DNA from: Polyangiales bacterium
Lineage (GTDB): Bacteria; Myxococcota_A; Polyangia; Polyangiales; Ga0077539
Length of the DNA: 64,000 nt
Reading direction: 5' to 3'
Assembly (NCBI GenBank): GCA_046351555.1
Contig: JAXLYI010000006.1
Span: 122,284 to 186,283, forward strand
Position numbers and translations under genes: made by a program. The stretch's first letter is position 1. Every line of letters begins with the position of its first letter. Of this stretch, positions 1-9,982 are shown in pieces. A model generated the notes under the pieces. That model was not told where the DNA came from, did no database searches, and saw nothing but the letters and a program-made list of their open reading frames with translations.

Positions 1-432
1 CGCGTGGGGCTGGTGCTGGGCGAGGCCGGGGGCGTGCTGGAGAAGATGGTTCCGGCGTTCAAGCTGTTCGCGGGCGGGCCCCTCGGCGACGGGCGTCAGT
101 GGGTGCCGTGGGTTCACGTCGACGACGTGGTGGGCATGATCGTGTTCGCGCTCGACCGCGGCGAGGTGAAGGGCGCGATGAACGCGACGGCGCCGACGCC
201 CGCGCGCTTCCGCGAGTTCGCGGCGGCGCTGGGCGAGGCGCTGGGGCGGCCGTCGTGGCTGCCGGTGCCGGGCTTCGCGCTGCGCGTGGTGATGGGCGAG
301 ATGGCCGACGCGGCGCTGACAGGCCAGCGGGCGGTGCCGCGCAAGGCGCTCGCGGCGGGGTACGCGTTCAAGCACGGCGAGCTGCGGGCTGCCCTGCGGG
401 CGGTGCTGGACGAGCGCGCACGAGGGCGTTGA
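1..432 (+). CDS. C-terminal part of TIGR01777/YfcH-like epimerase-family protein (DUF1731 C-terminus); 5' end outside window
   Basis: ORF 4..432 has normal composition; its C-terminal region resembles the NAD-dependent epimerase DUF1731 tail; the gene continues upstream of the window. Confidence 0.55.
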   Translation, partial: RVGLVLGEAGGVLEKMVPAFKLFAGGPLGDGRQWVPWVHVDDVVGMIVFALDRGEVKGAMNATAPTPARFREFAAALGEALGRPSWLPVPGFALRVVMGEMADAALTGQRAVPRKALAAGYAFKHGELRAALRAVLDERARGR

Positions 433-480
433 CAGGGGCGTGGCGGGTGCGATACCAGTTCGCTCCCGTTTCGATCGAGA

Positions 481-553
481 GCCCAGGTAGCTCAGTTGGT
501 AGAGCAGGGGATTGAAAATCCCCGTGTCGGCGGTTCGATTCCGTCCCTGGGCA
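481..553 (+). tRNA. tRNA-Phe (anticodon GAA)
   Basis: Cloverleaf read by eye: acceptor GCCCAGG/CCTGGGC, D-arm GCTC-AGTTGGTA-GAGC, anticodon stem GGGGA/TCCCC with loop TTGAAAA (GAA), T-arm GGCGG-TTCGATT-CCGTC, discriminator A. Confidence 0.9.
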
Positions 554-554
554 C
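533..554. repeat. attL: 22-bp core (tRNA-Phe 3' end) repeated directly at 12581-12602
   Basis: gttcgattccgtccctgggcac is identical at 533-554 and 12581-12602 (24 bp with 1 mismatch). Confidence 0.8.
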
Positions 555-678
555 AAAAAGCCGCAATTCTCGGGGGTTTGAGAAGGGGCGGAGAGTCCAG
601 GGATTCCAGAGGAGTCCGCCGAGTCCATGCGGTCTGCTGCACTATCGCTGCACCCGATCGCGGCCTTCATCCGCGAAA

Positions 679-1781
679 TCAGCTCGTTTTCGGAGAAGCG
701 CCCGTAGACGCGCTCAACCATCCGGGTGTCGGCGTGGCCCATGGCCGGCGCGATGAGCTCCAGGGGCATCCCGAGGGCCCGCATCCAGTGGGCGAAGGTG
801 CGCCGCAGGTCGTTGGGCGAGCAGGGCGCGAGCGCCGCCCTCGCGCAGTCCTCGCGGGCGCAGGGGCCTTGCGGTCGGCGTCGTCGAGGCAGCCCGTCGC
901 CCGGCAGCCCGCGCGACGGCAGGCGACCTGGAGGTCGCGCCGCACGTTCTTCCACGGCGGGAAGAGGGCGTCGCCCGCGCTCCCCGCGTGCTCGAGCGCG
1001 TAGGCGAGGAGCGCCCTCTGGTCGTCCGTCACGATGGGCACCGGGCGGTGCCGCGTCGCGCGCTTGGTGCCGCGCAGGAGCACGAGCGAGCCGTCGGCGG
1101 CGACGTCGGCGCGCAGCGCACGCTCCACCGCGCGCCACTCGGCGGAGGTCGCGACGATGAACGCGACGACCGCGGCGCGGGGCGCGGGCAGCTCGCGGAG
1201 GAGGCGCGGCAGCTCCTCGCGCGTGAGGAAGCGCTCCTTCGGCTTGTACTCGGACGAGAAGCCCTGCGGCATGATCGCGGTGACGTCGCCGTGCCAGAGC
1301 TGGCGGCGCTTCGCGAGCTTGAGCGCGGCCCGCAGCGTCGTGAGCTCCTTCTGGATGGTGCTCTCGGCGGCGCCTTCGAGCCGGCGCTGCTCGACGTACT
1401 CGTCGACGTGGCGGGCGCGGAGGTTCTTGAGCACGAAGGGGACGTGCGGCCGGGCCTCGTCGGGCTGCTCGAAGAGGCGCACGAGGTGGCCCGCCTTCCT
1501 CTCGTAGAAGTCGACGGTCTCCTCGCTGCGGCGCCCGGCCATCGCCTGCGACGCGCGCTCCTTGAGGAAGACGTCGAGCACGCTTGTCAGGGTCGCCGTG
1601 CGCGCGGCCGCGTGATCCGGATCGGCGGCGTCTCGCTCCCACTGCCGGGCGATGTCCTCGGCGGCCTTCTTGTCGAGGGCGCGCGTGGACTTCTCGTGGC
1701 GCACGCCGTCGGCGTCGTACCACTGCGCGATCCAGGGGCCGGTGGGGCGGCCGTGCTCGTCACGTCGTCGGAGGAGTCGCA
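679..1781 (-). pseudogene. int: Tyrosine-type (phage/P4-like) integrase, apparently frameshifted
   Basis: N-terminal part (from ATG 1781, MRLLRRRDEHGRPTGPWIAQWYDADGVRHEKS...) is in the frame of ORF 679..2136. The catalytic C-terminal part (SPNDLRRTFAHW...GHADTRMVERVYGRF; R-H-R-Y motifs) is in the +1 frame of ORF 368..1723. The shift lies between ~820 and ~905. The C-terminal frame has no stop before 368, so it runs across the tRNA. Confidence 0.7.
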
Positions 1782-2265
1782 TGGGTAGACCTCGCGGATG
1801 TAGCACTCCCAGCGCGCGACGGACACGCGGAGGAGACCGCGCTCCCCGGGGGCGCGGCCGGCGGCCCGTCGCAGATGTTCGTAAGCGAGCGATCGAGAGC
1901 AGCCGAGGGCGTGGCGCACGTCGTCGACCGAGACGAAGAGCGTGAGCGGCAGCTCGCGCGCGGGGGCGGGCGCCGCGGGTGTCGCGTTCGTGTCGAGTGC
2001 TTCGGCTGCGCGCTGTCGTCCCACGGTTCCTCCGAAGGTGAGCGAGAGAAGGTCTGCCGCCGCCGGGCGGGGTGCGCCGGACGATCCGAAGATCGCCGTC
2101 GCTCGGGAGCTCCGACGACACGGACGCAGCATGCATGCGCCCGCGGCGTGCGGCGTTTCACGGAGCGCGCGGAGCTCTGGCTCGGCCCGCGTCCCCGCCC
2201 GGCGGTTCAGCAGATGACGCTCGGCGTGCGGCGGGGCGCGTCGTCCGGGGGGCCGTGGCGGTGCG

Positions 2266-2748
2266 TCACCGGACGCACTCCACGCCGAACCCGAGGCGGG
2301 CCACCTTCTCGTACCAGTCTGCCGCCGTGCGGATCGAAATGAGCGGCCCTTCGATCAGGTTGCGCAGCAACGCGTGGGATAGCCCTTTCGCAACGCAGGT
2401 GGCCATTGGCTCAGCGAACGCCCCCCACGCAGGCTCCTGGAGGCCACCCGCCTCGAGGCGGTCGGCGACCTCGCGCAACGTCTTCGAGAACCGGAGGGCC
2501 TGATCTGCGCCCATGTCGCGTTGCAGCTGGTCGCAGGCGTTGAGCTCTCCGTGATCTTCGAGGTCGGCGAGGAGGTACTCGCCTCGCAGCGAGCAGCAGG
2601 TCCCCATCGAGCTTGTCGGGTGGCCGTCCTGAGCGAACGGGCACGGTGCGTCGGCCGAGTGAGTCATCCCTCGCGGCAGCGCAGCCACGGCGTCGGGGCC
2701 GGGCATCCGCCGAGGAAGCAGATTGATGATGTAGTAGTCGCGTCCCAT
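2266..2748 (-). CDS. hypothetical protein (~160 aa), island cargo
   Basis: ATG at 2748 preceded by a locally AT-richer stretch (ttcttcacaatccaactct). The first codons are low-GC (gac tac tac atc atc aat ctg ctt). No recognisable motif. Confidence 0.4.
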   Translation of the reverse strand: MGRDYYIINLLPRRMPGPDAVAALPRGMTHSADAPCPFAQDGHPTSSMGTCCSLRGEYLLADLEDHGELNACDQLQRDMGADQALRFSKTLREVADRLEAGGLQEPAWGAFAEPMATCVAKGLSHALLRNLIEGPLISIRTAADWYEKVARLGFGVECVR

Positions 2749-2893
2749 AGAGTTGGATTGTGAAGAATCAGTTCGTGGGCCGAGCTGAGCCCTCGCGACC
2801 GCTCCGGGAGCGCCGCTCCCTGCTGCACCTCCGGGTGTCGATCTGTACATGCGCGACGACGACCTTGCGTTGCACTCGTAGCGTCGCGACTTC

Positions 2894-3544
2894 GTGTCCT
2901 GGCATCGCCTACGGCGCCTGGGGTACGGTCGCGCGGTGACTGAGGCCGTCCGCTACCCGCTCGAGCGCCTGTACGCCGACCAGGACCGAGACTGGGTCGT
3001 TGACGCCGTACCGTACGTCCTCGCGTGGGTCTCGCAGCCGTCGCTCGCCGCCGCGAGGCAGCCCGTCGTCTTCGACGTAGCGTGGAAGGCGACGACGGCG
3101 CAGCGACGTCTGGAGCGCGTGTCGCTGTCACTCACTTGGGACCTCACGGCGCTCGCCGCCGAGGACGCGGGCCTCACCGCGCGCGTCGAGCGGCTGCGTG
3201 CGCGGCGAACGGTTGACCGGGAGGCCGTCACGCGTAACGCCGCCGAGGGCCTCGCGCTCGTCGCCGTCTCGGTCTTCTTGCCCGGCCGGCGTGTGGTCCA
3301 CATGAACGTGTTCAGCTCGCCGGACCTCGTGCTCGACGCCGTGACCCCCGGCGCACTGCGGGGTGTCGAGGTCGCGGGGATCACCCGGGGCGGACCGAAG
3401 GCGCTGTCAGGCCTGCGCGCTGGGACCGCCAGCAAGCCCGGGAAGCGCGCCGAGCTCCTGGCCCGGCCAGACATCGCCGAGGTCCATCTGTCGCTATGGG
3501 GAGGTGCGTCGTGCGTCGCGGAGATGTACAAGATCAAGCCGTGA
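2894..3544 (+). CDS. hypothetical protein (216 aa), island cargo; start ambiguous (GTG 2894 or GTG ~2936)
   Basis: ORF with protein-like composition, divergent from the 2266-2748 gene; first gene of a 2-gene + strand operon. Confidence 0.4.
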   Translation: MSWHRLRRLGYGRAVTEAVRYPLERLYADQDRDWVVDAVPYVLAWVSQPSLAAARQPVVFDVAWKATTAQRRLERVSLSLTWDLTALAAEDAGLTARVERLRARRTVDREAVTRNAAEGLALVAVSVFLPGRRVVHMNVFSSPDLVLDAVTPGALRGVEVAGITRGGPKALSGLRAGTASKPGKRAELLARPDIAEVHLSLWGGASCVAEMYKIKP

Positions 3545-3591
3545 CCCTGATCGAACACCGCAGCCTCCTCGCACCTGCCGGCAAGGCCAAG

Positions 3592-4608
3592 ATGCGCGCG
3601 AAGGCCCTCCTCGCGGAGGGCGACCCGGCGGAGCGCTTCGAAGCCGCGGTGCTCCTCCACGACGCGGCGCGGGCGGAGCTCCGGGCGCTCGACGCGCTGG
3701 AGGACCCCGCGATCGAGACGCGCCTCGCCGCGCGGGTCGAGGCCTGCGGTTGCCTCCTCCTCGGGCTCGACGTGCTGTCCGCGATCCCCGTCTGGCGCGA
3801 CGTGGAGCATCTCGCCCTCGGCCTCGCGCCCGAGGTGAGCCGGGCGATGCTCGCGCGGCTCACCGCGCAGTACCGGAAGGAGTGGCGCAGCTTCCAGGGG
3901 CTCTGGCAGAAGAGCCCCACGCTCGCGCGGGCGCGCACCTTCCGCCCCTCGCTGACGGGTCACCCGACGCGGGCTCGCCGGGAGCTCGCGGCGCTCCTCG
4001 AACGCTTCCCGGGCAGCGCGCAGCTCTGGGTGGGACGCTGCGTGGACCGGGACTTCCAGGGCGAGTCCACGGCCGCGTGGGATGACCTCACGCGAGCGCG
4101 GCGGCTCGAACCGGAGGCGCCCATGATCGAGGCGCTCGCGCTCTGGCTGCTTCCTCGGGCGTTCGACGCCGCCGAGGCGCGGCGGCGGCTCGACGCGCAC
4201 CGGGCGGGGCTCGACCGCGCGCCGCCCGAGCTCTGTCTTGGGTACGCGCTCGCGGAGCTCGTCCTGTCGGAGGGCGCGCTCGACGAGCGAGCGCGGCTCG
4301 ACCACGCGCGGGAGGTCGCGGCCCTGGGGCAGTCGCGCATGGTGCTGGGAGGCAGGATCGGCTCCCCCGCGCAGTCGGTCGACGGGGTCAGCCTCGTGCT
4401 CTCCCTCCACCTCGCCGCCATCGAGCAGATCGCCCGCGAACGCATCGCCGGGCACAGCCCCGGCCTCGACCTGCTGTACCGGGTCGGGCTCGGCCGCTTC
4501 GCCGCCGACGCCCACGCGCGCGGCCTCGAAGACCCCGTCGATGTGCTGCGCGGCGGCACCCCCCGCGCCCTCGAAGGGCCTCACCCGATCGCGCCCATCG
4601 CCGCGTAG
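3592..4608 (+). CDS. hypothetical alpha-helical (TPR-like) protein, island cargo
   Basis: ATG 3592 with AAGG 8 nt upstream; Ala/Leu/Arg-rich helical repeats; the alternative upstream start at 3496 would overlap the previous gene by 49 nt. Confidence 0.4.
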   Translation: MRAKALLAEGDPAERFEAAVLLHDAARAELRALDALEDPAIETRLAARVEACGCLLLGLDVLSAIPVWRDVEHLALGLAPEVSRAMLARLTAQYRKEWRSFQGLWQKSPTLARARTFRPSLTGHPTRARRELAALLERFPGSAQLWVGRCVDRDFQGESTAAWDDLTRARRLEPEAPMIEALALWLLPRAFDAAEARRRLDAHRAGLDRAPPELCLGYALAELVLSEGALDERARLDHAREVAALGQSRMVLGGRIGSPAQSVDGVSLVLSLHLAAIEQIARERIAGHSPGLDLLYRVGLGRFAADAHARGLEDPVDVLRGGTPRALEGPHPIAPIAA

Positions 4609-4618
4609 CGGCCGCTGT

Positions 4619-5587
4619 TCACCCGGTGGTGCGCCTCGTGGGGGGCGCGGTCTTCGCGTGGAGCGTTGCCACGCGGAGCCTCTCCGCCGTGGCGACCTGA
4701 TGGGTGAAGCGCTCCGCCGTCAGCTCGCGGATCAACTCGTCGAGCGCGCCGCGCGCGGCGTCCGCGTCGCCCTCGGCGAGCCCGGCGAGGTATCCCTCGA
4801 CCCGCGAGGAGAGGCCGTAGTCCTCCCAGGTCACGAACTCCACGAGGTCGCGCAGGAGCGCCGCCCTGTCCGGGAGCTCGCGCAGCGCGTCGAGGTACGC
4901 GCGCTCGATCCCTTCGTACGTCATCGCCATCTCCGCGAGCGAGTCGTCGAGCCCCTCCATCCGTACGACGATCACCGTCATCGCCGCGCGGTAGAGCGCG
5001 ACGCGCTCCGCCGCCGACGCGCCCATCGCGAGGGACGCCGCGCGAAGTTCGATCGCGCGTGCGACGTCGCCCGTCATCCAGTGGGGCATCGGTGACGGCC
5101 AACCTGCCGCTTCGCGGAGCGCCGCCTCGAAGCGCGCCGGCGACTCCGGGAACGCCGTCCAGTGGCCGCGCAGCGCGCGCGTCGTGAGGCGCCGACGCGG
5201 GGTGTCGCGCATCGCCGCGGTGCGAAGGCGCGGCCCCGAGTGCCAGACGCGGCGGACCGCCTTCCGGTAGAGCCAGACGCTCAACCGCTCCTCCGCGTCG
5301 AGCGCCGTCTCGGGCGTGCGTCCCACCTGCGCGAGGCGTCGCTGGAGGTCGGCCATCTGGAGGTGCAGCGCCTCGGCCATGTCCTTGTCGCAGATCCGCT
5401 TGGGGTCCGTCACCCGCTCGCGCAGGAGCCATGCGAGCGCATCGATGCCCCCCTTCTCCGCGAGCGCGAGCCGCAGGAGCCATCGGTCCCAATGGCAGAA
5501 GGCGACACCGTCGATCGTGCGCCATGTCTCGGGGCCGTCGATGACGCCGTCGTCGAGCGGGCGCTCCTCGGGCTTCACGGGTCGCAT
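4619..5587 (-). CDS. hypothetical protein (322 aa), island cargo
   Basis: ATG at 5587 with GGAGG 5 nt upstream; last gene of the - strand operon 7758->4619. Confidence 0.55.
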   Translation of the reverse strand: MRPVKPEERPLDDGVIDGPETWRTIDGVAFCHWDRWLLRLALAEKGGIDALAWLLRERVTDPKRICDKDMAEALHLQMADLQRRLAQVGRTPETALDAEERLSVWLYRKAVRRVWHSGPRLRTAAMRDTPRRRLTTRALRGHWTAFPESPARFEAALREAAGWPSPMPHWMTGDVARAIELRAASLAMGASAAERVALYRAAMTVIVVRMEGLDDSLAEMAMTYEGIERAYLDALRELPDRAALLRDLVEFVTWEDYGLSSRVEGYLAGLAEGDADAARGALDELIRELTAERFTHQVATAERLRVATLHAKTAPPTRRTTG

Positions 5588-5650
5588 CGGCGCCTCCTGC
5601 CCCCGGCGAGCGAGGACGTCACCCCCTCGGGCGCGTCAGGTCGCGCGCGG

Positions 5651-6139
5651 CTACGCGTCCGGGGGCAGTTGCAGCAGGAAGTGATACACACGGAGGCTTG
5701 TTCCCCCGGCGCGCGGGTGCTCAGTCACGAAAGCGGGCGCGGTGCCGTCCGCGGGCGTCGCGCCGCCTGCGGGGAAGACCTCCGCGGCGCCCGCGATGCA
5801 CGCCGCGCGGTAGGCCGGCGCGAGCGGTCGCCCCATGCGGTCGACCGCGGCGCGCGACTCCTGCTCCAGGCTCTCCGACGTGACCGCAGCACCGCCCCTC
5901 GCCTGAAACGACGCGGCGGTGCCCGGGAAGTCCACGCGGACGACCTTGACGGGGTGCGCCGCGAGATCGCGCTCGACCTGCCGCAGTAGCGAGCTCTTGC
6001 CCATCCCGCGGCCGCCCATCACGGAGGCGATGGAGTTGACCCCGCTCGTGAGCGCGTCGACGAGCTCGGCGCGCTCCTCGACGCGGCCGACGAAGTGCGC
6101 GATCTCCGGCAGGTCGGCGCCGAGGTCGACGTCGCTCAC
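5651..6139 (-). CDS. small P-loop protein (~163 aa); N-terminal fragment-like paralog of the upstream ATPase (Walker A only)
   Basis: FVGRVEERAELVDAL...GGRGMGKSSLL parallels FIGREAQLQEIGRLL...GLRRVGKTSLL of the 6136-7758 gene. GTG start overlaps the upstream stop (GTGA) with GGGGG upstream. No Walker B. Possibly a truncated duplicate/pseudogene. Confidence 0.4.
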   Translation of the reverse strand: MSDVDLGADLPEIAHFVGRVEERAELVDALTSGVNSIASVMGGRGMGKSSLLRQVERDLAAHPVKVVRVDFPGTAASFQARGGAAVTSESLEQESRAAVDRMGRPLAPAYRAACIAGAAEVFPAGGATPADGTAPAFVTEHPRAGGTSLRVYHFLLQLPPDA

Positions 6140-7758
6140 CGCGCGCCCCCGGCCGCGCGCTTCGGCGGCTCGTAGTTGTTTCGAAGCCAGCGGCCGAGGG
6201 CCCCGATGCGGTAGCCGCACCCGCCCTGACGCGTCTTACCGACGATCCCGTAGGACTCGAGCTCCTCGAGCGCGACGGGGTCCACGTCCCCCGCCGCGTC
6301 GGCGTGGGCGAGCAAGGCGAGTTCGAAGTCCGGCAGCCCGGAGACGATGCGCGCCGACTGCGCGAACTCCTCCATCGTCGGACGAGTCTCCCGCTCGAAG
6401 CGCGGCAGGACGGCCTCGACCTCCGCGAGGCCGACGCTCGCGGGCGCTCTTTCGGTCACGGGGGTGCGCTGGTCGACCAGGTCGCAGAGCAGGCGCGCGA
6501 GGTAGGGGTGGCCGCCGGACTCCTCGAAGATGCGCTCCACGGCGACGTGGTCGAACTCCAGCTGGGCCCGGCGCCCGATGCGGCGGATCATCGCGCCGAG
6601 GTCCGCGCGCGACAGGCCGGCGAGGGGCTGGTCCACGACGAGGCCGAAGAGCGGGTTCTGCAGACCACGTACGCGGGGGCGGCGGAGCCAGTCGCGGTCG
6701 AGGCCCGCGACGACGAAGCAGAAATGCTGCGGGTTCTGCTGGTAGAGCCCGCGCATCCAGGTGAGGAGGCGAGGGCCCTCCCTGAGGCCGTCGTCCCGGA
6801 GCATCCCCTCGTATTCATCGATCGCCACGATCAGCCGGCGGTCGTGGGCGACGCACCATTCGAGCAGGTCGTCGATCGCCTCTCGTCCGAGCTCGCTCAG
6901 GCGCGCCTCGCTCGGCGAACGTGACGTGGTGTGGGCCTGCGCCCATCGGGTTGCCGGCCCCGGGGCGCGATCGCCGACGAGCCACGGGAGCCACTGCTGC
7001 GCCTCGCGCACCACCAGCCGCATGAACCCAGCAGGTCCCGACTCGTCGAACCCGACGGCGTGCAGGTTGAGGTACAGCATCACGGCGTCTGGAGGAGCGC
7101 CCGGCCCCGAGCGTCGCAGCGCCTCGCGCCAGTGCAGGAGGAGCGAGGTCTTGCCCACGCGGCGGAGGCCGAACACCCCCACGGGCTGCCCCTCGCGGAG
7201 CAGCAGCCGCCCGATCTCCTGGAGCTGCGCCTCGCGCCCGATGAAGTCCCACTCCGAACCCAGCCGCCCAGGCGCGAACAGGCGCGCGCTCGACAGCGAC
7301 GCGCGCAGCAGGTCCCGCAGCCAGCGCTGCGGATCGCCCGCTGCGGCCGCCTGCGCGAAGGTCAGGAACACGTACTTCCGAGTCGCCGGCAGCGTCGCGC
7401 GCACGCGCGCCTCGGCCCGCTCGTCGCGCGAGACGCAGAGGACGAGGCCGCGGTCCGTGCGGAGGCTCTCGGCGAGCGCCCGCTCGACGGCCGCGACGTC
7501 CCGCGCCTGGAGCTCGTCGAACGGGGAGAGGATCGCCAGCAGCTCGGGGGCGAGTTCGAAGCCCTGCGCGAGCGGCGCGGGCACCCTGAACCGGACCAGC
7601 CAGGGCCGCCGCTGGGCCGCGAAGTCCTCCGTCCGGCGCGCCCAGGTGGCCTCCAGTCCGGCGCGCCGCAGGACGTCTAGCGTCGCCACTGCTTCGGGGA
7701 TGTCCTCCCGCAGGTCCCGGAGCCTGACTTCGAGTTGCTCGGCCTTTTCGCGTTCCAC
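6136..7758 (-). CDS. AAA+/Arch_ATPase-like P-loop NTPase (~540 aa) with an unknown ~200-aa N-terminal domain
   Basis: Walker A GLRRVGKTSLL preceded by FIGRE..L..LL (Arch_ATPase/ORC-Cdc6-like pattern); Walker B LIVAIDEYE; GTG 7758 with GAGAGG 7 nt upstream. Confidence 0.55.
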   Translation of the reverse strand: MEREKAEQLEVRLRDLREDIPEAVATLDVLRRAGLEATWARRTEDFAAQRRPWLVRFRVPAPLAQGFELAPELLAILSPFDELQARDVAAVERALAESLRTDRGLVLCVSRDERAEARVRATLPATRKYVFLTFAQAAAAGDPQRWLRDLLRASLSSARLFAPGRLGSEWDFIGREAQLQEIGRLLLREGQPVGVFGLRRVGKTSLLLHWREALRRSGPGAPPDAVMLYLNLHAVGFDESGPAGFMRLVVREAQQWLPWLVGDRAPGPATRWAQAHTTSRSPSEARLSELGREAIDDLLEWCVAHDRRLIVAIDEYEGMLRDDGLREGPRLLTWMRGLYQQNPQHFCFVVAGLDRDWLRRPRVRGLQNPLFGLVVDQPLAGLSRADLGAMIRRIGRRAQLEFDHVAVERIFEESGGHPYLARLLCDLVDQRTPVTERAPASVGLAEVEAVLPRFERETRPTMEEFAQSARIVSGLPDFELALLAHADAAGDVDPVALEELESYGIVGKTRQGGCGYRIGALGRWLRNNYEPPKRAAGGAR

Positions 7759-7985
7759 GGCGGGACCTCTCGTCCGGAGGCGGTCGCTGGGAAGATCGCA
7801 CGTCCCACTCGGGCGCGGCAACTCGGGCGGCGTCGCGCCTCGGTCGATGCAACGGAACGACCGCGAGGCGCATGGAGGAGGCGGAGGTGACAACCGCTGC
7901 GCTTCGCTCCGTCGCCCGTGGTGCGGGCCCTGGTCGCGTCCGGGAGGGAGGTCGGGTCCTACGACTCACTCACGAACAACACCCT

Positions 7986-8420
7986 ATGGGAAGAACCCTT
8001 CACTACACCATCCACTGCGACGAGGCGTCGCTCGACGCGGCGTGGCCCGAGATCCGACGCATGCAGGACGCGACGAACCGAGGCTTCTCCTGGAGCTGCG
8101 AGGCGCTGGACCTGATGCCGCTCCGCGACACCCCGCCGGTCCTCCGGGAGGTGATCGTCCGCCCCGATCAACCGGCGCCGGCCGCGTGGGGATTCACGAA
8201 GGTCCGCGAGGACGAATGGAACGCCATGCTCGTCGTTCGCTTCTGCCACTGGCTCTCCGAGCGCATCCCGGGGGCCACGGTGAAGCTGCGCGACGAGGGC
8301 GGCCTCGTGCTCGGCGGCCGCGTGGACTTCCGCGGCGGCGCCGCGACGCTCGGCGCGGCGAACGTCCTGCTGAGCGACAACTACATCTCCCCAACGGCGA
8401 CAACTACACCTCCCCAATGA
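7986..8420 (+). CDS. hypothetical protein, 3' end truncated by the IS21 insertion (last ~17 codons are IS-derived)
   Basis: ATG 7986 in an AT-richer context; protein-like composition (MGRTLHYTIHCDEASLDAAWPEIRRMQ...); reading frame runs into the IS21 left end at ~8369. Confidence 0.35.
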   Translation: MGRTLHYTIHCDEASLDAAWPEIRRMQDATNRGFSWSCEALDLMPLRDTPPVLREVIVRPDQPAPAAWGFTKVREDEWNAMLVVRFCHWLSERIPGATVKLRDEGGLVLGGRVDFRGGAATLGAANVLLSDNYISPTATTTPPQ

Positions 8421-8474
8421 GGGTGCGTCGGATCGGGGTGGCGCGTCGGGCGCTCGCGGAGCGAGAGCCGGACG

Positions 8475-9982
8475 ATGCGCCCCGTGTCCGACCACCAGGT
8501 GAGGAAGCTGATGGAAGAGATGACGAAACACGGCGAGATCGGCCGCGCGGCGATGAAGGCCGACATGGACCGCAAGACCGCGCGCAAGTACGTCGCGGCG
8601 GGCAAGCTCCCCTCCGAGATGCGCGAGCACCGGAGCTGGCGCACGCGCGAAGACCCCTTCGCGGAGCACCGCGGCGAGATCGAGGAGGCCCTGCGCGAGG
8701 CGCCCGCGCTCGAGGCCAGAACCCTCTTCGAGATCCTCTGCGAGCGCCATCCGGGGCGATACGAGAGCGGCCAGCTCCGCACCCTCCAGCGGATCGTCCA
8801 CACCTGGCGCGCCGCGCGGGGACCCGACAAGGACGTCACCCTCGCCCAGCGGCACCGCCCCGGCGAGGCCGCGCAGACCGACTTCACCAGCACCGCGGAG
8901 CTCGCCGTCACCGTCGGTGGCGTGCTCTTCACCCACCTCCTCTGCGTTCTCGTGCTGCCCTACTCCAACTGGCTCTGGGCCACCGTCTGCGTCTCCGAGT
9001 CGATGGCCGCGATCCGCAAGGGCGTGCAGCGCGCGCTCTTCCAGCTCGGGCGCGTCCCGCGGTGGCACCAGACCGACAACTCCACCGCGGCCACCCACCG
9101 CATCCCCGCCGGCGACGCCGTGCGCGACGCGCGCGGGCGCCGGCCCTTCAACGCCGAGTACCTCGCGCTGATGCGCCACTTCGGCATGGAGCCCCGCACC
9201 ACCGAGGTCGGCGAGAAGGAGCAGAACGGCGACGTCGAGTCGCTGCCGGGCGCGCTCAAGCGCCGCCTCGAACAGGAACTCCTCAAGCGCGGCAGCCGCG
9301 ACTTCGAGAGCGCCGAGGCGTGGCAACGCTTCGTCGACGACGTCGCCCGCAAGCTCAACGCGGGCCGCGGCGCCCGCGTCGGCGAGGAGCTCGCCGCGAT
9401 GCGCGTGCTCGACGTCGCCGGGCTCCCGGAGCACGTCGAGGAGGAGGCGTGGGTGAGCGAGTGGAGCACCATCCGCGTGCGCCACTGCGCCTACTCGGTG
9501 CCCTCGCGGCTCATCGGCGAGAAGCTCCTGGTGAGGGTCTACGAGGACCGCATCGAGGCGAGCTACCGCGGCACGAAGGAGCTCGCCTGCGAGCGGCTGC
9601 TCGGGCGCAACCAGCACCGCATCGACTACCGCCACGTGATCTGGTCGCTGGTGCGCAAGCCCGGCGGCTTCGCGCGCTACGTCTACCGCGAGGAGATGTT
9701 CCCCTCGCTGGTGTTCCGGCGGGCCTACGAGCCATCCAGACGCCCGACCGGGGCGCCTCGGGCGACCTGGAGTACCTGCGGATCCTGCTGCTGGCCGCGA
9801 CGACGATGGAGTCCGACGTCGCGTCGGCGCTGGCGCTGCTGCTCGACGAGGGCCGCGCGATCACGAGCGAGGCGGTCAAGGGGCTGGTGTCGAGCGAGGC
9901 GCGCCCGCAGGTTCCCGCGATCGCGCCGATGAGCGTCGACCTGAGCGACTACGACGCGCTGCTCGGGGCGGTGGGCACGTGA
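8475..9982 (+). pseudogene. istA: IS21 transposase IstA, frameshifted (~9730)
   Basis: N-terminus MRPVSDHQVRKLMEEMTKHGEIGRAAMKADMDRKTARKYV in the frame of 8475. The conserved C-terminus ...AIQTPDRGASGDLEYLRILLLAATTMESDVASALALLLDEG... is in another frame (tail of ORF 6761..9982). Consistent with a 1-nt deletion after ...FRRAYE (gag|gcc -> gagcc). Confidence 0.7.

Noticed and set aside
6761-9982. 1073-aa + strand ORF
   Set aside because: Spurious antisense/overlap frame across the ATPase genes. Only its last ~85 aa are real (the frameshifted IstA C-terminus).
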